This document shows, piece by piece, positions 18,256 through 27,376 of a DNA stretch of 64,000 nucleotides. The stretch is from assembly GCA_050012135.1 (NCBI GenBank), contig JBEKHT010000008.1, forward strand, positions 3,773-67,772, read 5' to 3'. Below the pieces are notes generated by a model that was not told the origin of the DNA, ran no database searches, and saw nothing but the letters and a program-made list of their open reading frames with translations. Made by a program: the position numbers and the translations under genes. Origin of the DNA: Anaerolineales bacterium. Lineage in GTDB: Bacteria > Chloroflexota > Anaerolineae > Anaerolineales > RBG-16-64-43. Every line of letters begins with the position of its first letter. Position 1 is the first letter of the stretch.

Positions 18256-19283
18256 GAGCCACCCACCGGGAGAGGATTCAGGTCGCCCTTTCGGGGCAGA
18301 AGCCTGATGAAATCCCGATCGCCCTTTGGCGGCACTTCCCAGTGGAAGACCAGGATGCGCATGCCCTGGCGGAGGCCACCCTACGATTCCAGCTCGAATT
18401 CGACTTCGACTTGGTGAAGGTGACCCCGTCCTCCAGCTTCAGTGTGCGTGATTGGGGCGTCGAGGACATTTGGGAGGGAGATCCTGAGGGGACTCGAAAG
18501 TATGTCCGGCAGGTGATCGAGAATCCGACGGACTGGTCCAAGCTTCGCCGACTTGACCCTGGCCGCGGCGCGCTGGGACGGCAGTTGATGTGTCTTGGGG
18601 AGGTGAAAGCACGGCTGGGGAGAGAGACCCCCGTACTTCAGACGGTTTTCAATCCCTTGGCTCAGGCCCGGCATCTGGCCGGGGACGCAGTTCTTATCGA
18701 GCACATTCGCCGATGGCCCGAGGCCGTTCTGGAGGGACTGGAGAGGATCACCGCCTCGACGGAGAGATTCGTGACGGCCTGTCTGGAACGATCGGAAGAT
18801 GGGATCTTCTTCGCGGTTCAGCACGCTTCGCGCCGCCTGCTCTCACCGGAAGAGTATCGTCAGTTCGGGCGACCCTTCGATCTTCGGGTCTTAGAAGCCG
18901 CCCAGGGCGGCTGGCTGAATCTCCTGCACCTTCATGGCGATGGAGTCTTGTTTGAGGATCTCTGCGACTACCCGGTCCAGGTGATCAATTGGCACGACCG
19001 CGAGGCAGGCCCATCGCTGAAGGAGGGGCACAAGCTCTCGGGGAAGGTCGTGTGCGGCGGGATGAGACAGTGGACGACGATGGTTTGCGGAGACCCGCAG
19101 CTCGTCTGGGAAGAGGCGGCCGAGGCCGTTCACCAAATGGCGGGCCGCGATCTGATCCTCGGGACCGGTTGTGTCTGCCCGGTTGTGACACCCTGGGTGA
19201 ACCTGCGCGCCGCGGTGGACTACTCCCGAAAGCAAGCGCCTCGTCCGAGGCGACCCGCGCGCCGTGTTTCGATTGCGGCCTAG
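18252..19283 (+). CDS. Uroporphyrinogen decarboxylase (URO-D) family protein, function unassigned
   Basis: RERIQVALSGQKPDEIPIALWRHFP...FDFDLVKVTP matches the N-terminal pattern of URO-D/MtaA-like TIM-barrel proteins. GTG at 18252 is coupled to the upstream stop. Confidence 0.7.
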   Translation: MRATHRERIQVALSGQKPDEIPIALWRHFPVEDQDAHALAEATLRFQLEFDFDLVKVTPSSSFSVRDWGVEDIWEGDPEGTRKYVRQVIENPTDWSKLRRLDPGRGALGRQLMCLGEVKARLGRETPVLQTVFNPLAQARHLAGDAVLIEHIRRWPEAVLEGLERITASTERFVTACLERSEDGIFFAVQHASRRLLSPEEYRQFGRPFDLRVLEAAQGGWLNLLHLHGDGVLFEDLCDYPVQVINWHDREAGPSLKEGHKLSGKVVCGGMRQWTTMVCGDPQLVWEEAAEAVHQMAGRDLILGTGCVCPVVTPWVNLRAAVDYSRKQAPRPRRPARRVSIAA

Positions 19284-19366
19284 GTTTCAGGTTCCCTCCC
19301 CGAAGTTGGTAGCCGTGTGCCGATCCTCCTGTCGGAGGGGATGAAGACCCTTCAAGGCTTGGTCCG

Positions 19367-20929
19367 TTGCTCTGGATCCGAATCGTAGTTTCGACGCTGG
19401 TTCTCAATCAACTTGCCTTCGGCCTCCCGCCTGTCCCGGGCAGGCATCCGCCGGTCGACCCGGGTGACGGAAGGCCGGTTTCTGCTGGGGCGCGGTGGGC
19501 AGAGGAGAGTTCCGCGATCCTGGGGGCAGCGGCGAGGCCCAGGGCGACTACCCGGCTGTCCGATTCGGCGGAACAGGGGGAAGAGCCAGCAGGCTGCCGG
19601 GAACCAAGCGACAATTACTCGAGAGTCGAGGTCAACGGGTTTTGGCTGGATGAACGCACCTACGACATGCTGAGGTACGCCTACTCGATGTACGGTGGGC
19701 CGATCGATATTCGTGGGCCGGCCATCACCCAAGGCAGTTTCAGCAACAATGGCTCCGAATCCTTTGGAACTCATCTCGGGGGCGGCGCAGTCGATCTTTC
19801 CGTGATTCGCCCCGGGGGGACGGACGTGCTCTTCACGGAAATTGAACCTCTCATCCGGGCCCTGCGGGCGGCGGGCTTTGCGGCTTGGCTCCGCGAGCCT
19901 GGTGAGTTGGGTCCGGGTTCGCCCATCCACATACACGCGATCGCGATCGGGGATCGCGAACTCTCGCCCCAGGCTGTGGATCAGTTGATCGGCCAGTTCG
20001 GATACTTTCGAGGATTTACGGGGGTGCCCACCAGCGATGGCGTTCCGCTCCCCGATCATGATGGGGGCTTGGTTCTCTGCAATTGGATGGTGCAGAGCGG
20101 CTATCGCGACCTTCGCGAAACGGCGAGCCAAGGGCTTCCCGGGTGGCCGCAACCCGGTTGGCAGCTCCGGCTTCAGCAGGTGGCCTCATCGTTCGTCACC
20201 TCCAGCGAAGCGCAGACGGCGACGTTGGCCCGCAAGCTTCACTTCTTGGCAGAGAACTACGAGGATCCCTCCAACATGTGCGGTCCCCTGGCCGCCACCA
20301 TCCTGGGGGAGGCCGGCCTGCTGCCCACGGATCCGGGCCCGTTGCAGGATTTGAAAAGCTACTGGCTTGCCAATCCGGACACAAATGGCAGGCCGTGGTC
20401 CCTTTTCCCTACCCAGGAGTACCAGGTTTTCAGATTCAAGACCCCAGTCAATCGATTCGACTTCTCTGTCTGGGCACTTCGCCCCGGCGACTTTGTCTAC
20501 ACCCATGCCGGCTGGGGCACGTACGATCATATGTTCGTGGTCACCGAGGTCGACGGAGCGGGAAGGGCCTTCACGGTCACCAACGAACGCCAACCGGATG
20601 GGGGATTCCTGGTGGAGCGCGTGTTGCTCTATGACCCCGCCCGGCTCGGTATCGGCGCGCTTCGCGAGGATTGGGTCGACAATCCCACGATGGGCACAAC
20701 CGGCTTGGGCGGGTTTGAGGTCCTTCGGCGGCGGGGAATAAGCCTGGCGCCAGGCACTCCTTATGAATACAGGGTGGAGCCGGGCGACACCCTTACGGCG
20801 ATCACTAGCACATTCTCTTCCGGCCTGGCCACCGTGATCACCGCCAATCCGGGAGCTGCCTTGACGCGCCTCCAGGTCGGTCAGATTCTCATTATCCCGG
20901 TGGGATTAGGCGGTGGTTCCGCCAGTTGA
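19367..20929 (+). CDS. Secreted multidomain cell-wall hydrolase: LAS/M15-like metallopeptidase motif, Cys-His peptidase-like domain and C-terminal LysM
   Basis: Hydrophobic N-terminus. SESFGTHLGGGAVDL (SxHxxGxAxD) plus HIHAIA (HxH) are LAS-peptidase signatures. Later come NMCGPLA and YDHMFVV. The C-terminal YRVEPGDTLTAITSTF...LQVGQILIIP is LysM. TTG start. Confidence 0.7.
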   Translation: MLWIRIVVSTLVLNQLAFGLPPVPGRHPPVDPGDGRPVSAGARWAEESSAILGAAARPRATTRLSDSAEQGEEPAGCREPSDNYSRVEVNGFWLDERTYDMLRYAYSMYGGPIDIRGPAITQGSFSNNGSESFGTHLGGGAVDLSVIRPGGTDVLFTEIEPLIRALRAAGFAAWLREPGELGPGSPIHIHAIAIGDRELSPQAVDQLIGQFGYFRGFTGVPTSDGVPLPDHDGGLVLCNWMVQSGYRDLRETASQGLPGWPQPGWQLRLQQVASSFVTSSEAQTATLARKLHFLAENYEDPSNMCGPLAATILGEAGLLPTDPGPLQDLKSYWLANPDTNGRPWSLFPTQEYQVFRFKTPVNRFDFSVWALRPGDFVYTHAGWGTYDHMFVVTEVDGAGRAFTVTNERQPDGGFLVERVLLYDPARLGIGALREDWVDNPTMGTTGLGGFEVLRRRGISLAPGTPYEYRVEPGDTLTAITSTFSSGLATVITANPGAALTRLQVGQILIIPVGLGGGSAS

Positions 20930-21245
20930 TGGGCTGCCGATACCGAGCTTGGCCAACCCAGCCAACTCCTGGCCAAGGGGAAGCACGGCTCAGGCCGGGG
21001 GGCGGGCCCTGCCGCCTCTGGCTCGGGGTGCCTGCTGGTGACACGTGGCGGAGCCTGGCGTGATGATGCTCACAGGCCAGGTCGTTCGCGGGCATGATGA
21101 CTTCGCCCGGGAGCCGGCTCCCGACTGAGGCTTAGGTCGGCATGGGCTGGCGAGGGTGCCTCGTCGCCAGCGGGTCGCACCTGCCCGGAGCAGGACCGAG
21201 GCGGTCGATCATCGGGAAAGGCCAGGGGAACGCGAGGAGGATCGT

Positions 21246-22130
21246 GTGACAGCCAAGATCATTGACGGAAAGGTGATCGCGGAGCAGGTCCGGGGGGAGG
21301 TGGCCAATGAGGTAAGACAAATGGTGGCCCAAGGATTGCCTCGGCCTGGTCTGGCGACCGTGTTGGTCGGCGACAACCCGGCTTCGGTAAGCTACGTTCG
21401 CAGCAAGCAAAAAGCGTGCGCGGAGCTGGGCATCGAGTCCTTTGGACACAATCTGCCCGCGAGCACGTCGCAGCAAGAGCTTGAGGATCTGCTGGGCAAG
21501 CTGAATGCCGATTTGAGGGTGAATGGCATCCTGGTCCAGTTGCCCCTGCCTTCCGGGCTTGATGAGGAACGCGCCCTCAGTGTGATCAGCATCAACAAGG
21601 ATGTGGATGGGTTTCATCCCATCAATGTAGGACGTCTAGCCATGAAGCGCAGAGACCCCGTTTTCGTCCCCTGCACGCCGGCGGGAGTGATCGTTCTGTT
21701 GGAACGCTCGGGCGCGAAGTTCTCGGGCGCGCGGGCGGTTGTGCTGGGTCGCTCGAATATTGTCGGAATGCCGGCGGCGCTCCTTCTGGTTCGCGAGAAC
21801 GCGACCGTGACGATCTGTCATTCCAAGACCCTCAACTTGCCCGAGGTGGTCGGTCAGGCTGACATTCTGGTGGCGGCAATCGGCAAGGCTCATTTTGTGC
21901 GCGGCAGTTGGGTCAAGCCGGGGGCCTTTGTGATTGATGTGGGAATCAATCGGGTCGAGGATCCCTCCACCAAAGCGGGCTATCGGCTTGTGGGCGACGT
22001 GGCATTTGACGAAGTCAAGGAGGTAGCGGGTGCGATTTCGCCTGTCCCGGGAGGGGTGGGCCCGATGACGATTGCCATGCTTATGAAGAACACGGCCCGC
22101 GCGGCTCGGCTGGCGGCGGTGAAGGGATAA
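21246..22130 (+). CDS. folD: Bifunctional methylenetetrahydrofolate dehydrogenase/cyclohydrolase
   Basis: AKIIDGKVIA...ATVLVGDNPAS.SYV..K, VDGFHPINVG, VVLGRSNIVGMP, PVPGGVGPMT. GTG at 21246 is preceded by GAGGAGGA. Confidence 0.92.
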   Translation: MTAKIIDGKVIAEQVRGEVANEVRQMVAQGLPRPGLATVLVGDNPASVSYVRSKQKACAELGIESFGHNLPASTSQQELEDLLGKLNADLRVNGILVQLPLPSGLDEERALSVISINKDVDGFHPINVGRLAMKRRDPVFVPCTPAGVIVLLERSGAKFSGARAVVLGRSNIVGMPAALLLVRENATVTICHSKTLNLPEVVGQADILVAAIGKAHFVRGSWVKPGAFVIDVGINRVEDPSTKAGYRLVGDVAFDEVKEVAGAISPVPGGVGPMTIAMLMKNTARAARLAAVKG

Positions 22131-22268
22131 GTCGCTGCTGCCATGTGGGAAAGCGCGCGGGCTGCTCGCGGGAGGGGGTGTTGAAGAAAGGTTGTATGAT
22201 GTCCGACAAGGCCTCTCGGCCCTCCTGAGACCTTGCCCTTGCTCGCGCTGCCTGAGTGAGCCAAGAAT

Positions 22269-23633
22269 ATGACCACTCTTCTGGTACGGCATGCGGATGT
22301 GCTGGTCACGATGGATGACGACCGCCGCGAGATCCGGGATGGCGGGCTGTTCATCCGGGATGGCTGGATTGAAATGGTCGGCGTGTCGGGGGAGCTTCCC
22401 CACGCCGCGGATGAAACCCTCGACCTGAGGGGCCACGTGCTGCTCCCGGGATTGGTGAATGCTCATCATCATCTCTACCAGACCCTTACGCGAGCCCTGC
22501 CCGCGGCGCAAGATGTAGACCTTTTCCACTGGCTGAGAACTCTTTACCCGATCTGGGCTCGACTCACTCCGGAAGCAATCCAAGTCTCAACCCAAGTAGG
22601 CCTAGCAGAGCTCGCGCTGTCGGGCTGCACCACGGCCTGCGACCATCTCTACCTCTTTCCGAATGGGGCACACTTGGACGACGAAATTGAGGCAGCCCTT
22701 CCGGTCGGATTGCGCTTTCATGCCTCCCGAGGCTCGATGAGCCTGGGGGAATCGCAGGGAGGCCTGCCACCCGATCGGGTCGTGGAAAAGGAGGAGGCGA
22801 TTCTGAAGGACACCCAACGCCTCATCGAGGGCTTTCACGACCCTCAGCCGGGCGCCATGTTGAGAATTGTTGTGGCTCCCTGCTCCCCCTTTTCGGTAAC
22901 GGCCGATCTGATGCGAGAGGCGGCCGCGCTCGCGCGCTCGGCCGGGGCCAGGCTGCATACTCACTTGGCGGAGACCTTGGACGAAGAGCGTTTCTGCTTG
23001 GAACGGTTCGGGCGCCGGCCGGTTGACTATGCCGAGGAGTTGTCCTGGTTGGGGGAAGATGTGTGGTTCGCTCACGGGGTGCACGTCAATCGCGAAGAGG
23101 CGGCAAGGCTGGCTCGGTCCGGATCGGGAATAGCCCATTGTCCCTCGTCGAACATGCGCCTGGCCTCGGGGATTGCCCCGGTGGATGAATACCTCCGCTG
23201 CGGCGTAAAGCTGGGCCTGGGGGTGGATGGTTCCGCGAGTAACGACAGCTCCCACCTCCTAGCCGAGGCTCGGCAAGCGATGCTCCTGGCACGCCTGTCG
23301 GTGGCCGTACGGGGTTCCGGCGGACCCTTGCTGAGCGCGCGCCAAGCGCTGGAGTTGGCGACGCGTGGGGGGGCGGAAGTCCTGGGCCGTTCTGACATCG
23401 GCCAGCTGGCGCGAGGGAAGTGCGGGGATTTTGTTGCCTTTCGGCTGGACCGCTTGGACTACGCGGGCGCGCTAGAAGACCCTGTCGCCGCCCTGGTCTT
23501 TTGCTCCCCGTGCCAAGCCGATGTCACGGTGGTTAATGGCCGGTTTGTGGTAAAGGAAGGGCGTCTGACCACCCTTGACTTGCCGATGCTGGTGGAGAGG
23601 CACAATCGAATCGCCAACGCGCTCTTGGGGTAG
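22269..23633 (+). CDS. 8-oxoguanine deaminase-like amidohydrolase (guanine/isocytosine deaminase clade, SsnA-related)
   Basis: LPGLVNAHHHLYQTLTR, LYPIWARLTPE, SGCTT..DH.YLFP, HTHLAETLDEE, HCPSSNMRLASGI, GVDGSASND. Closely colinear with my recollection of Pseudomonas 8-oxoguanine deaminase. Confidence 0.82.
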   Translation: MTTLLVRHADVLVTMDDDRREIRDGGLFIRDGWIEMVGVSGELPHAADETLDLRGHVLLPGLVNAHHHLYQTLTRALPAAQDVDLFHWLRTLYPIWARLTPEAIQVSTQVGLAELALSGCTTACDHLYLFPNGAHLDDEIEAALPVGLRFHASRGSMSLGESQGGLPPDRVVEKEEAILKDTQRLIEGFHDPQPGAMLRIVVAPCSPFSVTADLMREAAALARSAGARLHTHLAETLDEERFCLERFGRRPVDYAEELSWLGEDVWFAHGVHVNREEAARLARSGSGIAHCPSSNMRLASGIAPVDEYLRCGVKLGLGVDGSASNDSSHLLAEARQAMLLARLSVAVRGSGGPLLSARQALELATRGGAEVLGRSDIGQLARGKCGDFVAFRLDRLDYAGALEDPVAALVFCSPCQADVTVVNGRFVVKEGRLTTLDLPMLVERHNRIANALLG

Positions 23634-23654
23634 TGTGGCTGAAGGAGCTGAGCG

Positions 23655-25436
23655 ATGAGAGACGAATTCTCTTCCCGGCGGCTGGTCGATTGCGCGATGG
23701 GAAGGCTGGCGGCGGACCTGTTGATTCATCAAGGCCAGTGGGTGTCGGTCCAATCAGGCGAAATCGTGCCAGGCACAGACGTCGCCGTTCTGGGTGCCCG
23801 CATTGCCTATGTCGGTCCGGACGCAAGCCACTGCATCGGACCCAACACGCAGCTGATCGAGGCCCGAGGGCGGTTTCTTGTTCCCGGGTTGATTGAGGGT
23901 CATGTCCACGTCGAATCGGGAATGGTCACCATCAGCGAGTTCGTGAATGCCGTGCTGCCCCACGGCACCACCGCGATGATGATTGACCCTCACGAGATTG
24001 CCAACGTCTTTGGACTGCAAGGCGTGCGCACGATGGTGGACGAGGCTGCCGTCCAGCCCATTCACGTATGGGTCCAGATGCCTTCCTGCGTGCCTTCCGC
24101 TCCTGGGATGGAAACGCCGGGGGCCAACATCGGGCCCGCTGAAGTCGCGGAGGCCATGACTTGGCCAGGCATCATCGGTCTGGGGGAGGTCATGAACTTC
24201 CCGGCGGTTGTGGATGGGGACGAGAAGATCCATGCCGAGATGGACGCGGCACGGCATGCGGGCAAGGTGATTGGGGGCCATTACCCCTCCCCGGATCTGT
24301 CTCTGCCGTTCCACGGCTATGCCGCCGGGGGGCCCGAGGATGACCACGAGGGGACTCGCGCGGAGGATGCCGTCGCCCGGGTCCGACAGGGAATGCGTGC
24401 GATGCTGCGGTATGGGTCGGCCTGGCATGATGTGGAGGCCCAGGTCAAGGTCATCACCGAGCAGAATCTGGATCCTCGGCACTTTCTTCTGGTCACAGAC
24501 GACGCTCACGCGGGCACCCTGGTGGGTGAGGGCCACATGGATCGGGTAGTTCGGCATGCTGTGAAATGTGGTCTGGCCCCCCTGGTCGCCCTCCAGATGG
24601 CGACCCTGAACGCCGCAGAGCACTTCGGCGTCAGCCATGAGATCGGCCAAATTGCCCCCGGGCGGTATGCCGACATCCTCCTGGTGGGAGATCTGGAAGC
24701 GATGGATGTGCAACTCGTTATTGTGGGAGGCGTTCGGGCGGCCGAGGAGGGCAAGATGCTCCTTCCGCCGTCCGGGTTCCGATATCCTTCAAAGTATCGG
24801 CGCTCGGTTCATCTCATTCGCAATCTGGTGCCGGAGGATTTTGCTGTCCGATCGCGGGCGAAGGCTGTCACGGAAGCTCATGTGATCGGCGTCATTGAGA
24901 ATCAGGCACCCACGCGACACCTGCGCTTGCCGCTCCGGGTTCAGGAGGGTCTGGTTCAGATCCGCCCAGATGGCGAGGTCGCCAAGGTGGGCTTGGTCGA
25001 GCGCCATCTTCGGACGGGCAGAATCCAAGTTGGATTCGTGCACGGCTTTGGCTTCAACGTGCCCTGTGCGGTGGCTTCGACCGTGGCGCATGATTGCCAC
25101 CACTTGCTGGTCGTCGGCACGGATGACTCGCAGATGGCCATGGCGGGCAATGCCCTTGCCAAGCTCGGTGGCGGAATCCTGGTAGTCCGAGAGGGCAAGG
25201 TGCGGGCCGCGGTGGAACTCCCGATCGCAGGGCTCATGTCAGAGGAGCCCGCGGGCGATGTCGCCCACAAGATGTCGGCCGTTCTGGAAGAGTTTCGGGC
25301 CTGTGGTTGCCGGATGGCCAATGCGAACATGCAGCTCAGTCTCCTGGCCTTGGTCGTGATCCCCGAACTGCGCATCTCCGATCTGGGCCTGGTGGATGTG
25401 GAACGGTTTGAATTCGTCCCCGCGGTGGAAGGTTAG
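23655..25436 (+). CDS. ade: Adenine deaminase
   Basis: 593 aa. VPGLIEGHVHVESGM, TTAMMIDPHEIANV, and a two-domain length typical of Ade. Confidence 0.87.
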   Translation: MRDEFSSRRLVDCAMGRLAADLLIHQGQWVSVQSGEIVPGTDVAVLGARIAYVGPDASHCIGPNTQLIEARGRFLVPGLIEGHVHVESGMVTISEFVNAVLPHGTTAMMIDPHEIANVFGLQGVRTMVDEAAVQPIHVWVQMPSCVPSAPGMETPGANIGPAEVAEAMTWPGIIGLGEVMNFPAVVDGDEKIHAEMDAARHAGKVIGGHYPSPDLSLPFHGYAAGGPEDDHEGTRAEDAVARVRQGMRAMLRYGSAWHDVEAQVKVITEQNLDPRHFLLVTDDAHAGTLVGEGHMDRVVRHAVKCGLAPLVALQMATLNAAEHFGVSHEIGQIAPGRYADILLVGDLEAMDVQLVIVGGVRAAEEGKMLLPPSGFRYPSKYRRSVHLIRNLVPEDFAVRSRAKAVTEAHVIGVIENQAPTRHLRLPLRVQEGLVQIRPDGEVAKVGLVERHLRTGRIQVGFVHGFGFNVPCAVASTVAHDCHHLLVVGTDDSQMAMAGNALAKLGGGILVVREGKVRAAVELPIAGLMSEEPAGDVAHKMSAVLEEFRACGCRMANANMQLSLLALVVIPELRISDLGLVDVERFEFVPAVEG

Positions 25437-25478
25437 GGGGCAAACCGACCACGAGGGTTGGCCGGGCGGCGCTCATGA

Positions 25479-26215
25479 CAAAACAAGAAGAGGTTCGGGC
25501 CGATCCCCGACCTCTCTGCGCGGGCTGGAAAGCGATTGCCGGGCGAGCCGGACCTGGCTAGGCAGATGGGCGTCAGTCGCGCGACCCTGCGCGGGGCCAT
25601 GCGCGCATTGGCTCAGAAGGGGGGAATTATTCGTCGCCTAGGAGTTGGAACGTTCGTCGTTGCCAAGCGCGCGTTCTTGGACGATGGGCGGGAGGTCCGG
25701 GAGAGCCCGCCAAGCATCGCGCGGCGAAATGGGCTCACGCCAGTCATGGGGAATCACCGCTTGGAGGAACGGGGTGCGACCGCCCGCGGGGCAAGGCACT
25801 TGGGCCGGAGCTAGGGTCCGCGGTTCTGGTGGCCTCCCGAACCATGCTGGTCGAAGGGAGCCCTGTGGCCTTTCTGGTAGACGTGGTGCCGGCCGCGCAC
25901 CTCAGCGGCTGCGACTTCCGTTCCTTCTGCGGCTCAGGCTTGGACCTGCCGGTTGGGCGCGGGGATCCCGGACTTGCTTATTTGGGGACGCGGCTTGGGG
26001 CAGAGCTGAGCGCGGGTGAGATTCGGCGCCGACTCAAGCGGCGGGAGCCGCATGCGCTGCTCAGGCTGGAGGCCGAACTGTTCAGTCTGGAGGACGAGGT
26101 AGTGGACGATTCGGCGAGTCACTTTGTCCCGGAATCCTTCCACTTCCACAACAACCGACGGGTCAATGCGATTCCGGCGGCCGCATGGGAAAGGACTACC
26201 GGCCTGGCGGGCTAA
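25479..26215 (+). pseudogene. GntR/HutC-family regulator (wHTH plus UTRA) disrupted by a frameshift and lacking a clean start
   Basis: Frame 0 encodes RLPGEPDLARQMGVSRATLRGAMRALAQKGGIIRRLGVGTFVV (GntR HTH) and stops at 25812-25814. The UTRA-like remainder (...LGPELGSAVLVASRTMLVEGSPVAFLVDVV...) continues in another frame to 26215. The switch lies near 25780-25800, next to a G-run. The only upstream ATG (25475) is out of frame. Confidence 0.6.
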
Positions 26216-26303
26216 GAGAGAGCAGATCTTGCGCATAGGGTCTGGCGCGTGATCGGCTGTTGGTCCTTTTCTCGCGAATCTTGAAACAGGAGGAGACAAT
26301 CCA

Positions 26304-27257
26304 ATGCGCAGTTTTCTGGGACGCGACATCCTTTCGCTGAAGGATTTCGAGCGGGAGGAATTCTTCCGGGTATTCCAAGTTGCCAAAGAGTTGGAGCCCA
26401 TTGCTCGGGACCGTAGGAACAGCGACATGCTGCGTCATAAGATCCTGGTCACGGCGTTCTACCAGCCCAGCACACGCACGCGGTTGGCTCACGAGGCAGC
26501 GATGCACCGTCTGGGAGGCCATGTGACCGGCTTCGCGGACGCTAAGATGACGCGGGCTGGGGACTTCTACCAGGAGTCTATCAAAGACACGGTTAAGATG
26601 CTGGAGTTCTATGGGGACGTCATCGTCATGCGCCACTTTCAACAGGGAGCTCCTCACGAAGCGGCCCGCTGGGCATCGATTCCGGTCATCAACGGCGGAG
26701 ACGGCTGGGGCGAACATCCGACCCAAATCCTGACGGATCTATATACCGTCCTGCAAGAAAAGGGCCGAATCGACGGGCTGAACTGGCTGGCGGTGGGCGA
26801 CATGCGAATGCGCACCATGCACTCGTTGGCGTATGCTCTGACCCAGTTTGATTGCCCCATCACTTTCGTGGCTCCGGCGGAGATGACTCTCACCCCAGAG
26901 TTCAAGGACGAGCTGGAGAAGTACAGCCTCAACTTTTCGGAGGCGGACCACGTCGAGAAGGTGATCGGCAAGGCGGACGTGATCCTGGTAGAGCCCGTGG
27001 TCCAACCGGACTACACCAAATCGCGAGACGAGCGCACCGGAAGCGTGGGCCTGACCCCCGGTAATTACAAGATCACGCGGGAGTTGCTGTCCTCGAAAGC
27101 CAAATCGGATGCCATCCTCCTGCATTCCCTTCCGCGCATGGACGAGATCCCAACCGACGTGGACATCACTCGGTGGTCCCGCTACTGGCAGGAGGCTTTC
27201 AACGGGGTGGTGATGCGCATGGCTCTGCTCGCTCTGATCTTGGGTGCGGTCGAATAG
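26304..27257 (+). CDS. ATCase-like carbamoyltransferase with divergent second-substrate motifs
   Basis: Colinear with E. coli PyrB as recalled: FYQPSTRTRLAHE, VMRH, GEHPTQILTDL, GDMRMRTMHSL, LHSLPRMDEIPTDVD. However, the KK of the 80s loop is replaced (TRAGDFYQE) and TRVQKER is replaced by EPVVQPD. AGGAGGA RBS. Confidence 0.85.
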   Translation: MRSFLGRDILSLKDFEREEFFRVFQVAKELEPIARDRRNSDMLRHKILVTAFYQPSTRTRLAHEAAMHRLGGHVTGFADAKMTRAGDFYQESIKDTVKMLEFYGDVIVMRHFQQGAPHEAARWASIPVINGGDGWGEHPTQILTDLYTVLQEKGRIDGLNWLAVGDMRMRTMHSLAYALTQFDCPITFVAPAEMTLTPEFKDELEKYSLNFSEADHVEKVIGKADVILVEPVVQPDYTKSRDERTGSVGLTPGNYKITRELLSSKAKSDAILLHSLPRMDEIPTDVDITRWSRYWQEAFNGVVMRMALLALILGAVE

Positions 27258-27376
27258 AACCGGGAAACCAAGGCGGGCTGGGCGGCCGGGGTCGCGTCAA
27301 CCCCCGGGGGCCGGCGGGTCCCATGGCTGGAGGCGGGCCGCGTGGGGGCTTTGCAGGTAGTCCTGGAGAGGATGCA

